From the NCBI GenBank assembly GCA_010909165.1, contig MU008184.1, forward strand, positions 682,001 through 746,000: 64,000 nucleotides of DNA, in the 5' to 3' direction. The notes beneath the pieces were generated by a model that was given only the letters and a program-made list of their open reading frames with translations, did no database searches and was not told where the DNA came from. The position numbers were made by a program, and so were the translations under genes. Shown here in pieces: positions 1 through 12,500 of the stretch (position 1 is the stretch's first letter; every line of letters starts with the position of its first letter). The DNA is from Anthoceros angustus (taxonomy: Eukaryota > Plantae > Anthocerotophyta).

Positions 1-650
1 ACCTTCCTGGCACTGAGCCCTGGTATTGGTACAACACTGGAGCTCTCTATGAAGGAGGCCGAGAGCACAAAATTTCTGTCTCACTTGAGACAATCCCTGT
101 TTTCCAACGAGCTGGTACCATCATTCCCCGCAAAGATAGAGCTCGACGCAGCTCAACTCAAATGGAGAAGGATCCGTACACTCTAGTAAGTAATCCTTCA
201 GGTTCATTTTTAGATCAGAATCATGGCTTTTGGAGGGTTGTTTGACATCTGCTTGCTGCGCAGGTGATTGCCTTGAACTCATTCTCTCAGGCTGAGGGTG
301 AGCTCTACATTGATGATGGTAAGAGCTATGAATTTGAACAAGGTGCTTTCATTCATCGGGCTTTTAAATATGCCGAGGGTCGACTTTGTTCGTCAAAGGC
401 ATCTAGTACTCCCTCGAGTGGTGCTCAGGTCTTTTCAACACCATGCGTAGTTGAACGGATCATAATCCATGGATTGAACCCAAAGGATTACAAGAGCAAT
501 CATGAAGCAGTACTTGAAAGCTCAGGTATCTCAGTAGTTGTGGAAGTTGATTCCCCTGTTCAACGGAAGGGTCAGGGAAAATCTTCTGTCGTCACGATCA
601 GAGCCCCGAATCTGCCCATATCTGGAGACTGGTGCTTGAAAATTTTGTAG
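1..650 (+). CDS. RSW3: Glucosidase II alpha subunit (GH31), last two exons (1-185, 264-650); 5' part lies outside the window
   Basis: Translates as ..LPGTEPWYWYNTG..IPVFQRAGTIIPRKDRARRSSTQMEKDPYTL|VIALN..AEGELYIDDGKSYEFEQGAFIHR, typical of the plant GIIalpha/GANAB C-terminus; GT-AG intron 186-263; stop at 648-650. Confidence 0.93.
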
Positions 651-1799
651 ACCTATTCTTCCTGGGTTCCTGTTTGTCGACAACAGACTCTGGAAAGTCA
701 CTCAGGTAAATTTCGTCAACCTCTAGTACGTGAAAGATGTATCTACTTGCTTGAGACATTTCGCGAGGAGAACGATCTCGTTTCCGTGAATGCCTAACTG
801 CGGGTCTTACAACACTTCAATGCTTTTGTCACTTTGCACAGGTGACAAGAAGGCAGGAGCCTGTATTCCATAGATCTTGACCTGCACGTGGCTCCTTACT
901 CTTTGCTTCCTGCTGCGACATGGGGGAGCAATTAGAGCTCGTAGGCTCGTGAAGTGCGTAGGCTACGAAGCAGTCCTGGAACTCTACTCTGGCCGTGCCC
1001 GCAAAGGTGCAGAGATATGAAGCTGAGCACCCAGAGCGTATAAGCAGGTTTAGCAGGCCTATTTGCTGATGCCAGCCGTGGAACCCGTTTGCCGAAGCCT
1101 GTGCAATGTGCAATGCATAGAACTGGCAGTGCTCTTGGCAAGACTTGGACTATGAGCTTGACTTTGGGTTTTCGAGCCTTCCTCGTATGCGCCCCTTCGG
1201 AGTCAACTGTGGATTTGATGGAGACGGCGAGAGGATGACAAGTGGCACCAAGTCGGGCTCAGTTGCAACCCGCGTTTTTCGAACCTGGGCCTGTTCACGA
1301 GCAAGTTCAGGACCCATACAACCTCTGGCAGGCAAGGTTCGACTCCGTTAATCGCGAAGTGATGTGTTGCCAGTGCAACAAAGATCGAACTCCTACTTGC
1401 TATTTGATCGAGTAGGCAAGTGGAGGCAAGTGTAGTTCTTTTGACGATGGTAATCAGAAGCGAAATTTCTACGTCGACCGCCTGGAGGTGGCACGCGTGA
1501 CGCGGGGTAATAAGTAAGCGTAACACAGCATACGGTAACGACGGCCGTGTGGGGCATTGCAAGTCTTTTCCTTGTCCTGGTGTGAACATATAGCAACTGC
1601 TCGCTCTCACACAGAGTGATTTATGATTCTTGAAGAAGAAAAAGCACAAAATACAGATTGCCGCAGCCAGCTTTCAGTAATTCGCAGTGTTGGAGGTCAT
1701 CGGGGACTTGATATGAATCTCACTTGAAGTAAGCCGGCATGACGACGGTTTGCAGGAGAGAGAAGATGACACCAAATTCGGTGTCAGACTCCTTCAGGT

Positions 1800-2436
1800 C
1801 TCTCCCTTCTTCACGCGCCAACATAGTCTTGTATCTCTGCATCCAATCCATAGAGTCCCATCCTTCAATCACATCCCGGGACTTCCCTGTCCAGTTCTTG
1901 AAACTGGATCCTCGTACTGGGAGACAGCTTCAACCTGCGCTTCGAGCGCGTCTACATGTACAGACAGAATGGAGAAGTAAGCGCGCAAGGGATCAAATGT
2001 TTGGCCATGGACATTTGCGAGGCGAGTCTTTCCCACCACAAACACGGGAAATGGTGGATTGAGATTCCACGATTTTGGTGGTAAATACACCCTTTCCACC
2101 TCATACCGCCGCGTGCCATAAGGATGCTCCGAGCGGTTTTCCTTCCGCATCCTCAAACACTTCACCATCGCTTTGTACTGGTCCCCTACTTTCAAAAGGC
2201 TGTTCCAATTCCGCGCCAGGGTGCGAGGATCTTCGTAGTAAAGCTCTGGTTCCCCAGTGTTCGGCGAGCTTGTGGAATGCCGTCAGGGCAGCTGATTGTG
2301 CTTCAAGTTCGGAGGTGTATCCTCTCACGAGCCTCCTTAAGCCTGTGAACTCGACGACAAACAGATCGTCCGGAGGAAACCAATCCCATTCCACCAAAAG
2401 GAAGACCGGCATCCTCGCCATCGCATCAAACTCCAT
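1800..2436 (-). pseudogene. Intronless orphan coding-like segment with a frameshift (~2270) and internal stops; family unknown
   Basis: ORF 2101-2436 (MEFDAMARMPVFLLVEWDWFPPDD..) joins by a frameshift to ..EPELYYEDPRTLARNWNSLLKVGDQYKAMVKCL..YEVERVYLPPKSW (frame of ORF 1869-2195); TATTTAA-like box ~110 nt upstream on the minus strand. Confidence 0.3.
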
Positions 2437-2962
2437 GGGGGTGTGACCCTGTACCTGTGTAATAAATGGCGGAGGGGTGCTCCACCTCCCGGCGCCACGC
2501 TTCCTGCTCAGTGCTCAGAGCTCACCGAGCAGCCGTGCCTTAGTATTAAATAGGTGCTCGTTTATGCCTCCCGTTTGTAGCGTTTGGATGGAACTTTCGA
2601 TCGTCGGGGCGCCGGGTTTGTTTCACTACCCGACACGCGGTGCACCCGAATCGCTGTGTCCCTGTCCCGGAGTCCCAACGGGAATGTGATTCATGACTGC
2701 TGCCGAGGACGGGAACGGAAACCGTTGTAATTGCTAATTACGCATTAAACTGGGCCTGACTGACTCGTCACATTCATGTGTTTGCACTTGTGTACCTAGT
2801 AGGAAACCTTTCCTGGGACGTGGAAGCTGCAACTGAGTTGCCTTGGGAGAAAGTGGAGCATGAATTTCACACATCAAAACTTTTAGTTGCGGCAAGCGTA
2901 AAATCTCGGACATCTATGTACATAGTTAGAAATACTGTATACTAGATTCAACACTCGTGGCT

Positions 2963-3826
2963 TATGGAATACCGATCTGGTCACACGGGAGCGTGTGTGT
3001 GACTTTCTTTTTTGTCGGTGCACGCTATGGGAATATGCCATGGCATCTTTTAGATACTTTCGTACAATATACGTATAATATGTGCCACATCGGCCACGAA
3101 GTTTGTCTGTGGCAAATATATGCGTGTTTGTGCCACATCAAGATGAAGTTTGTGCCACATCAAGATGGTTTGTGCCACATCGCCTGAAGTTTGTGCCACA
3201 TCGATGAAGTTTGTACGCAGGCATATGCACTGCAAGCTTTTTTGGGTGCAAGCATTGTATGTATGCGACTGTTTTCAAGGAAGCCCTTCTCTGTTGGTCC
3301 TTTTGGTACAAGCTTGTTTTGGGGTAGTTGGTGCTATGTAAAACTGCACCCCCGTAGGCAACAGGCCTAGGAAACGTTGCAGCCTTGTATGCAGCCAGTG
3401 CCAAACACTGCAGCGTTACAAGTAAGGGCAAACGCACTCACCCGCACCGCAAACACAAACGATGACTGCAATGCAAACGCAATTGCATACGGTAAGCGCA
3501 GCGCTAACGCAACCGCTGACAACCCTCACAAATTGTGGATGCCGCGGTCACGGATATGGCATATTGCGTGCCGCAATAGCGCGGCAACGCAAATGACCTC
3601 AATGCAACCCTAACCCCAAAAGAAGATAAGTTTCTGTGTGTCGTGGAATCATTTTGTGTATCATGGGGTAGGTTGACCACATCGGGACACCGGGGGGCCG
3701 CAGCCCCAACCGATGTGGTCATGCATAACATGCCGAAATAGTTCCGTCGTATGCGGCGAGACTATTTCTTTCTGTCCACAACCCTAAAAAATTGTGGATG
3801 CCGCGTGACCAGATCGGTATTCCATA
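2963..3826. mobile_element. Non-autonomous TIR DNA transposon (MITE/CACTA-like)
   Basis: 22-bp perfect inverted termini TATGGAATACCGATCTGGTCAC (2963-2984) / GTGACCAGATCGGTATTCCATA (3805-3826), both flanked by GTGGCT; internal tandem repeats; right end read inward begins CACTATGG. Confidence 0.75.
3079..3214. repeat. Tandem ~20-22 bp repeat, core (GAAG)TTTGTGCCACATC, ~5 copies
   Basis: Seen directly; lies inside the TIR element as subterminal-type repeats. Confidence 0.85.
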
Positions 3827-4779
3827 GTGGCTTCCTATATGTGTATTTTTTTCTTTTTGCAGTTGGAGGACCGTGACAGCGCTGTTTTTGCCAGTCTGGA
3901 GCCTGTGTAGAACCACCAAATCTCCATGGGCCGAAACCCCCAAACTGTTGACAAAGGGACGAAGCAACTTCTACCTCAAATTTTGCGAGTACTAGAAATC
4001 CCCCTGAACACCATAGTTTTCTTGGGGCTGAAATACAATATGTATCAAATCATCCAAAACTCTCTAGTTCAAAACCAAACCCATGTTGGTTCAGAAACCC
4101 AACCATGAGTTCGAGTGGGTTCAATAATTGAGAATAGAAATGTTAAATGAATGACAAGTACGAGAACTTGGTGCTAAGCAATATGCTAATTACATTGTCC
4201 TAGTTGAGTTCCTTTTCAACAACTATTTAGTTCAGGGACTTTTTAGTTTAGTTCACAATGATAAGTTGAAGAAAGTGTATCTTTTCTTGGAATGGAACTC
4301 ACAATACAATACACCATGGATCTAGAGGGATGCTTGCAAATGGATACCCGATGGCCATTAAGGCCGGCACGTGTGTCCGCACGGCCCTCCACGGCCACGA
4401 CCTGTACCTATGTATGTGCTTGCCCATCACCATGCTACGGTGAGTCATGCATAATCCGAACCGGTGGCCAAAAGTTTTGACGCCCGTGCGCTACATACCA
4501 CCAACAGGGGACATGAGAAAGCCGCTCGTCCCTACCCGCTTACACGTTACTAATAATACTTGTTTAAGGCTCCAAAGTGCACCCTGGCTCACAAGCTTAT
4601 GGTATGTAAACTCCCGTCATTTGCATAGCGTGAGATGCGAGTTTAGAGCGGCATGTTCAATCTTTGCTTTCAAGCGCTCTTGTGATTAGGGATAGGGATT
4701 TTGGTTAAAGGTTGAGATTAGGGTTAGGGTTAGGGTTTTTTCTCTTTGGGATAGGGGAATGTGATTTACGAATAATAAT

Positions 4780-6760
4780 ATGGATTTGAGTTCTTGTATT
4801 AACTTAGAAGAGTTACCAACTAACACACCTTTTGTGGTGCAGCTTCCTAAATTAGGGTTATTTAACCATACTGACCTAAACTGGGTTTCTTCTCAATATG
4901 ACCATTCTAGGGCACCAGGGCAGCAAAAACATGTGAAGGTGGCTCACATACTCTTTTCTAGAGTGGGAGACTTTATTGGGGGAATGAGTGCTATAAGTTC
5001 CCATCCTACGAACTTCTACAAGAAGGATTCTAAGGGGCCGGGGAGTTTACCTCGCCTGCATCAAAAGTGCATACATGCATCATATGTTAGGTAAGAAGGT
5101 TTGAAGTATGTAAATTGTTTTATTACTTAGGAGGCATTAACATTGTGAGGTGGCTTGCGGTATTGGTGTTCTTACGGAAGACTTTCGCCAAAAGGAGGTG
5201 GGAGTGTCACGTGGTGCTAATACTAAATGTAAGGTCCTCCGTGGAGAGAGTGTCAAGCATGGTTGCCAAGCAAATTTTAGGGTGAAGAAACTTCTCCTGG
5301 CCTAAGGTTCTTGAGATTGGTCTTTTGAACATAGGCATACCGACCTTTCAAATGCTATATGTCATGGGCTGCACGAAGGCTTACCCCGTGATGTCGAGCA
5401 TGGCTTTCACAAGAAAAGAAGGATTGGATCAGGCATTGCCTATATTGCAAAGTTCCTGTTGAAATAATGCGTCGGCATCAAGATGCATTGTATGCTCGAA
5501 TCAACAATCGAGAGGTATATAAACTAGTAAGAGATGATTATATGCAAAGATATGATGTTCTCAATATACACACAAGTTGAAGTTGGTGAATGGAAGCTAG
5601 CCGGATGATGCCACATCGTCCCGTGGTTGGAGCAAAATGCGTCTATAGTCTTCCACCAATCAAGCGAGAATCAACCTTTCGCTTTGGGTATTCAAACTCC
5701 TTTTATGTTAAATTGCATGTTGCTTTATGGGAATGGTAATGTGCTAGCTATGGATGCAACTTTTGGGTTGAGCAGTATCGCTACCACTTATTCAACGTGA
5801 TGGGTTTTGACCATTACTTGAGCGGTGTTCGATAGCATGGGCTATTACAAAAGATGCTACTCGAGTCACTTGTCGTGGCTTGCGGTATTGGTGTTCTTAC
5901 GGAAGAAGGTTGAAAAGATCAACAAGGATTGGACACCTAGTTCATTCCTTGTTGATGATTGTCGCGTAGATTTACGCTATTCGCTCGATGTGGAATCATA
6001 ATATGCCTATATTATTATGCTTGTGGCATGTGCGGAAAGCGTGGAGACGAATTTATTGAAGAAAGTGCACTCACAAAGTAATCGAATTTCAATATGGGCG
6101 AGCTAGGGATATTATGTATGTCAGGCAAGCACATCTTCAGTGTGTTTCCATAGGAAGAAGTATGCTACACAATTTTTATGACAAGTGGGGAACAAGTGAA
6201 GGAGACTTTGTGAGATATATGAAGGTCCAATGGGAGAGACTATAGATATGTGGTTGTGTAATGCTAGAATGTTGCCTCATGCGGGCAACATACAACTTCA
6301 GTGGAAGGATTCCATAGATTTATAAAAGAACGCGATTTAGCAAGTCAAGTTTGCTGGCCGTAGACTAGATGGTTACTACACCAATTAGTGAATGTGGTTG
6401 CCCGACATTATTGGTACCGACTTCACAAAGAAGGGGATACATAACAAGAAGCTGGAGGCTTTGGAGGAAACCGTATGAAGGGTGCGAAACTATTCCTATT
6501 AGCTCGCTTATTTTACGCATGCCGAAAATGTTGTTGCACATTGTTTGTCTTCATCGACCCCTAACTTGTGGTATGTGATTGAACATGTTTACTCTCCTTG
6601 GGCTACATGCTCATGTCCAATGGGGAACAAAGGTTTCATCCGCAAGCATGTGGTGAAAGTTCAACAACTCCTTGGCATATACAAGGATGAAAAGCAGACT
6701 AGGCAAAATGGAAGAACAAATGGAGCGTATGTTCTTTGAAAGTAGTGATACCAACAACTT
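4780..6760 (+). mobile_element. Degraded Mutator-like (MULE) transposase with SWIM zinc finger
   Basis: Fragments in shifting frames: FALGIQTPFMLNCMLLYGNGNVLAMDATFG, WTPSSFLVDDC, LCLWHVRKAW, VEGFHRFIK, ATCSCPMGNKGFIRKHVVKV (degenerate SWIM CxC..H); many frameshifts and stops. Confidence 0.85.
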
Positions 6761-7419
6761 GGCTATGGCTTTTGGATGCAGATCAAGAAGCTCCACACAT
6801 TGTGTTGCCTAGTAACCCTTGGTGGCACCAATATGTAAGACAAAATTGGAGATGGCAAAAGAAAACGGTTGGATTTTATTAAACGGCATGTCAAGTATGT
6901 GATACCGCATTTGAGCGTTGATTTAGCTTTTGGGATAGCTGCATTATGGAGCAAACTCAATGGCGAGAGTTAGTGGCACAGACGAAGAACCTCAACGAAA
7001 CAAGTGTTGGAAACTTTTGAGAATGAGGGCACGAATGATCAAACGATATGTTGGTTTGGAGGAAGTTGTGTGTAAGAAGAAAAAGACGGTGAAGTGGAAC
7101 ATAGGCAGTTGATAAAGGGTGGATTGATGAGCTGAAATAGGCTTTTGGTTTTAGAAGTTGACCAATCTACTTTTGTAGGGTGCTGAGAGGAGATAGCAGA
7201 TAGCACTCAGTTTTGATCGGGTCAATTATGCTCTTCGTCTTAGAAGGTCAGAATCCACTCTTCTGGTTTTAGAAGGTGAGAATTCGGCTCAATGCCAGCA
7301 GCATGCACTATGTACAGCAACTCCTCCAAACCCGGTGAGGAAACTTAAGCACTAAAGCGCTGAAAGAGGTGCCCATTCCTACCACCACCGATCATGTCGA
7401 TCGAACATGCTTCGCACGC

Positions 7420-8153
7420 CACCTTCTCGGACCGAACCCAGAGTTGCACACGTTTGTGAAGGATCGCATGTGCTTCATGCCATACTCGGCCAACGAGCCA
7501 CACTCACTCGTAAGCCCGCACCTACATTCATGCATCCAGACATCCAGATTAACCTCAAATCTTTGTGAAAGAGAAAACGAAACATTACGAAGACCGGCTC
7601 CAGCTGCTGCCCACTTACCACGGCCTTGAGGCACTGCCAATCGTCGACAAGAGGCAAGGCTGGCTTCCGTAATGCTGCCAACATTTCAGGCCCCCACTCA
7701 GACCCGAAGACTAGCTTCCCCATGAAGTTAACACTGGAGTCGATGTGTGCACGCTGAGACATTATTCTTGCCATGTCCTGAGCAGCTTTCACTTTGTTCG
7801 TCGACCCTTCTGGTGAATGCTTGTACTGGAAAATCAGTCGCAAAGGGTACAAGGAAGAGAAGGATCGATGTCAGACATGCAAAAACCAGTTACCCTCGTC
7901 CCTTCCAAAGTTCACGGCAAATCCACATGAAGAGTAATGATGCTTGTACCTTGTGCCAATAGTGCAGCAAATCAAGATGATGTTGATTCACGTGACTCCC
8001 AGTGATTGTTCCCAAATGCCCATGTCCAACAAGGTAGGCTCTCGTTCGCATTCGAGGGTCATAGCCTAAGAAGAGAGATAATTTGTCCGCGTATTGCATC
8101 ACATGTGAGCCTGATCTGTAAGTGTTGTCATTCGAGGTCCTCTTCTTCACCTG
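7420..8153 (-). pseudogene. Vacuolar processing enzyme/legumain (C13) 3' gene fragment with introns
   Basis: VKKRTSNDNTYRSGSHVMQY..LSLFLGYDP, VNQHHLDLLHYWHK, YKHSPEGS..RAHIDSSV..LPLVDDWQCLK, CGSLAEYGMKHMRSFTNVCNSG match the VPE C-terminus; frameshifted and lacking the catalytic His/Cys exons. Confidence 0.85.
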
Positions 8154-9538
8154 TCAAAGAAGAGGAACATCAACAAGGAGATGAACACAAATGAGTCCTG
8201 CAATTGAAGGAACAGTATCGTGTGAAGGAATAGTCTCTCAAAACTAACAAGAGGACGTGAGATGCGAGTTTTGCACTCACTGCAGTCTTGATCTACATGC
8301 GCGTGAATCCAGGATGGTCTCTCATGAACATGGTTTTAGGCCTGGTCTCCGCATCTGCACCGGGCAGCATATTAGGCGTCTTGTCGCATCTGCACCGCTT
8401 TCTTTTCAGATCGGTTCACCGCGATGAGAAGTGCATAGCTTTGAAAACCTGATTTGAAACCTGGACTTCAAACCGACGGGTTTGGAATTCTTTCATCCCG
8501 GGTATGGAAAGCCGGGTATGGAAAAACCCGAGTATGCGACGGGAACTCCAAACTGATGTTGCTGCTATGTCGTGTATGTCGATATGAAGCCGGTTCATCG
8601 GGTTGCGCTTCCGCACGGGTGTGCAGACCGTATTTGCCTTAATGGCCATCGGGTATCGATGGGAAAGCTAGAGGGATTAAGAGTAAAGCCTGAGTCATGG
8701 TATAATTCATACTAATCTTATCTTAACCTCTTGTAAGATCCATCATGGATTTACATAATCCTCTCAACCCATCCTACTTTTAATCCACTTCTATATCTTT
8801 AGCTTTGGGTTTGGGGATCAATACATCCTAGTCGAATGAGTTGTTATTTCTTTAATCATTTCTAAGTATCCTAGATAATCAGCCAAAGATCGTAAATATT
8901 ATTTTAAATACTATAATATTATGATATATACTCGTAGACGAATTGGTTGGTTGCGACTTATGAGACGGAGCACCATTACTCTCAGTCGTGACTGGTACTA
9001 AATAAATCGTGTGGTGGGCATTGCAGGCAGCAGCGGAATCGAGACGATAGAGCCAATGATGAGGCTGGGCTGGCCACGCCTGGTGCCGCTGCTTTTTGTT
9101 TGGATTGGGGGCAGGCATACCTGCCTAATCTTTTAACGATCCGCATTCTCATTTCCCACCTCGGAGTGAGAGGAGCGCAACCCGGATTAGCGAGGTGCCA
9201 GTGCTGCATCACGTGAAAGACGATTGCAGGAATCCTCCTCTTTATGACCGCCTTCACAAACGGGTAAACAAAGGTTACAAAACTCCCCGCCACGCCCCGC
9301 CACCACGCCACCAGCAAGCAAAATCTTGGCCTGGCGGCGCACTGTCACCCGGACCCCCCCCTGCCACTGCTCGCGCTCTCGCTTTCTCGCATTAAAAGCC
9401 TCCGGTGACCCACACGACGCTTTTTTCCGCCTCCCGACGCCCCTTTACCGGACTTGTCTCTCCCGCGCTTCTTCTGCCCACGCCGGGCCTTTGCCTCCGC
9501 CTCTGGCCTCGGCCCCGGCCCCGATTCATTGTGAATGG

Positions 9539-12500
9539 ATGACGCCCATGGACTCCGCCACCGCTACCTACACCCGCCGCTTCCCCGCAGCGCTGCTCCC
9601 GGCTACAGCTGCACGCGGCCAGCGCTCGGACTCGGACGCACCCGCGCCGCAACCGCAATTCCATGCCTACTCTATCAAGTTCACGCTCCTGGAGGCGGGA
9701 GGGGATCCGCTGCAGCAGCGCGAGGCTGCGGATTTCCTCCTGCTGGCGCCTGTGGCTCTGGACCAGGAGGTTAGCGCCATGCTGCTGCAGCTGCATCTGC
9801 CGCTCGGCGGCTCCGCGGAGGCCCGTGTGCAATTCTGTGGCGTCGTGGCTTTGTCCGATGACCAGGTCGGAATTGCTGGCGTCCGTTCCATGCGATTTCT
9901 GTTTTCCGTCTGCTTGAATGAAATTTGGTGTTGCCTTTGCCTGTTGAGATCGTTCTTTCTGGGTGGAGTGGAAATTTGGATCTGATCTCCAGCTGCTTGC
10001 CTCCTCTTCTTGCGCGCAGGAGAAGCGGACCAAGCGCTTCAATCTGTGGCTCTTCAATGTCATCCTTGGACGGCAGTCTGCGCCGGGAGACTATGAGGAC
10101 GGGCCGAAAGGCTACTTCGTCCTGCCGTTGAGTCCCGAGGCCGAGGGCGGAATCGACTGGTCTAGAGTGGATTGCGCCCTTTCCTCGGGTCTGGATTGCA
10201 GCAGGAAAGCGCAGCACTCTGCCGCCGGCGTGCACCAGTCGTGGGAGATTGATTGTTTGGAAGGGGACTCCGATGTGCCACCGGAGGCGGAGGGACAAGT
10301 GCGAATGTGGAGTGGAGATGCGGACAAGGACCTTCTGTTTGATGCCATGGTCACCTGTGCGCTCAACGGCATGGTATTTTACGTTGTTGAGATATCCGGC
10401 TCCAACGGGTGGAGTAGTGTGCCACAGAAGGCTTGCTCAGCTTGTGTAACCGTCGCTGAGCATTACTGTCACAGGTCCGTGCGCCTCTGCTTGCTCTTGT
10501 CTGGAATTACAGGTGGAATTGAGCAGCAGCTGCTTTCTGTTGGAATTTGCGCATTTAGCTTGCTGCGGGGTTTGAATGCCTGCGCTGCACTTCAGGTATC
10601 ACTACAATTTGAGGCATAAGGAGCAGCCTCTGCTTAGCTGCCGCAAGCTTTCATGCGCGGCCAGCTATCTACGTAGCCAAGGTCGATGCGCAGAGTTATT
10701 GCTTGGTAAGAAAGCGGCCTGGCTTGTGTTTCCTGATAGGTCGCGCTTTCCAGGACACGACGCGAGCGTCTGAACGGAGAGAATTTAGACTCTGTGTTGC
10801 CAATCGTGTGCGCAGGTGGGAACTTTTCGAAGCAGATGGAGATTGTGCAGCTACCTCCAGAAATCTGCGTTTTGCACGTAGGATTGAAGGCGAAGCTACT
10901 AAGGGGTGCAATGCGGCTGCCAACTGTGCTTTATAGCTTGGAGAAAGCACTACTGGCTGCAGAGCTGCGGGACCGTATTGGGATATCCATGTCTTCCTTC
11001 AAGGTTCAGATGCTTTTGCTTCACTGGGGACCTCCTTGATATTTTCGTACCTGCCTCAAAGGTTTGACTTCAGCTCGGATGCTTTTGCTTCAGGTGAAAA
11101 AGGGACTGGCTATGTTAGGTCATGCTTGAGAGGGACGCATGATGGTTCGCAGGCTCTGATCCTGCCGCAAAGTTCCGGGTGGCGAAATTTCTTGCAGTGA
11201 TTTGATTGCCGACTTGGTGTGGTGTTGCAGGTTCTACAGGCGCTGACACCAGAGTCGTGTCAGGGAGGTAAATCCTACGAGTCTCTTGAGCTACTTGGAG
11301 ACAGTGTCTTGAAAATTGCAGGGGCAACTTATCTCTACATACGTGACATGTCCATGGATTATGAAACTCTTGGAGATGAGATGTATGAGCTGGTCAAGAA
11401 CAAGACACTCTATCAGTTTGCTTTGGGACGGAACTTGCCAGAATATGTGTTTGCAGATATATTCACTCCACGGGGTTGGGTCGCACCAGGTCCCCTTCAT
11501 GCATCTGCCTCAGATGTCCAGTCATGTTTGACAGCAACTCAGCGGCTGTCCTACAAGACTTTAGCAGATCTTGTTGAGGCGTTAGTGGGAGCATACCTCC
11601 TCCACGGCGGTTTCAAGGCTGCTCTCCACGTCATGGCCTGGCTTCAGATACCCATTTTTTTCCCCCCAGCCAGAACTCTGGCTTTAGATGTCTGCTATTC
11701 AGGGACAATGAGTGGGATGCTTCTTTCACAGTTGACAGATGTTCAGAAGCTGCAAAGTAAACTGGGATATCGGTTCAAGAATCTTCACCTTTTGGCTGCT
11801 GCTCTGCACTACGTTCCTGCGGAACCTGCAAGTGTCTTCGTGTTCCAAAGACTGGAATTTTTAGGGGATGCTGTGCTTCATTTCCTCGTTACCCGGCATT
11901 TTGTGTCTGCTCATCCCGACTTAGAGCCGGGCAAGCTCAACGATCTAAAGCAGGCTACTGTCAACAGTGAAAACTATGCTTCTGTAGTGGTTCGCAACGG
12001 CTTGCACGTAAACCTGCAGCAAGTATCTCCAGTTCTTGAGGATGAAATACTGAAATATGTATTAGACTTCTGCCAGGAGAACGGTGCTAGCAGGTGGAGT
12101 TCTTTTGGTCTCTCAAGTCAGACTTCACCGAAGGTGAGTTTCGTCTCTGTCTTTTCCCTATTATGCATAGATCAAATAGCAGACTTTCACACCAAACCAA
12201 GTAGTGTCTACTGTGCGAGCTTCTTCTCTGACGATACTGAGCAGGTGGTAGGAGATATCCTTCAGACAATGGCAGCTGCAATATTCCTTGATTCTGGGTT
12301 TGATGCGGAGACCGTGTGGAAAGTAGGTGCCATCCTGGATCCGTTGAGTCCCTATGCACTGGCTTGTGTTGCTCACTTTTATATTCTGCATTCACTGTAG
12401 TTGAGTGAAGCTTGCTTATCAAATGTGTTCCTTAAAGGTGGTGGGAAAATTGTGCGCAGGTGCTTAGACCGTTCCTTGAGCCTTTGGTGACTCCCGATAC

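Noticed and set aside
3079-3214. Regularly spaced repeats resembling a CRISPR array
   Set aside because: Spacers are only a few nt and non-unique, the context is eukaryotic, there are no cas genes, and the repeats sit inside a TIR element.
4717-4736. TTAGGG x3 telomere-like tract
   Set aside because: Too short; telobox-like motifs are common near plant TE and gene 5' ends.
5150-5906. Identical 32-bp sequence at ~5150-5181 and ~5875-5906 within the MULE
   Set aside because: Most simply a microhomology-driven duplication or polishing error in a dead element; no functional evidence.
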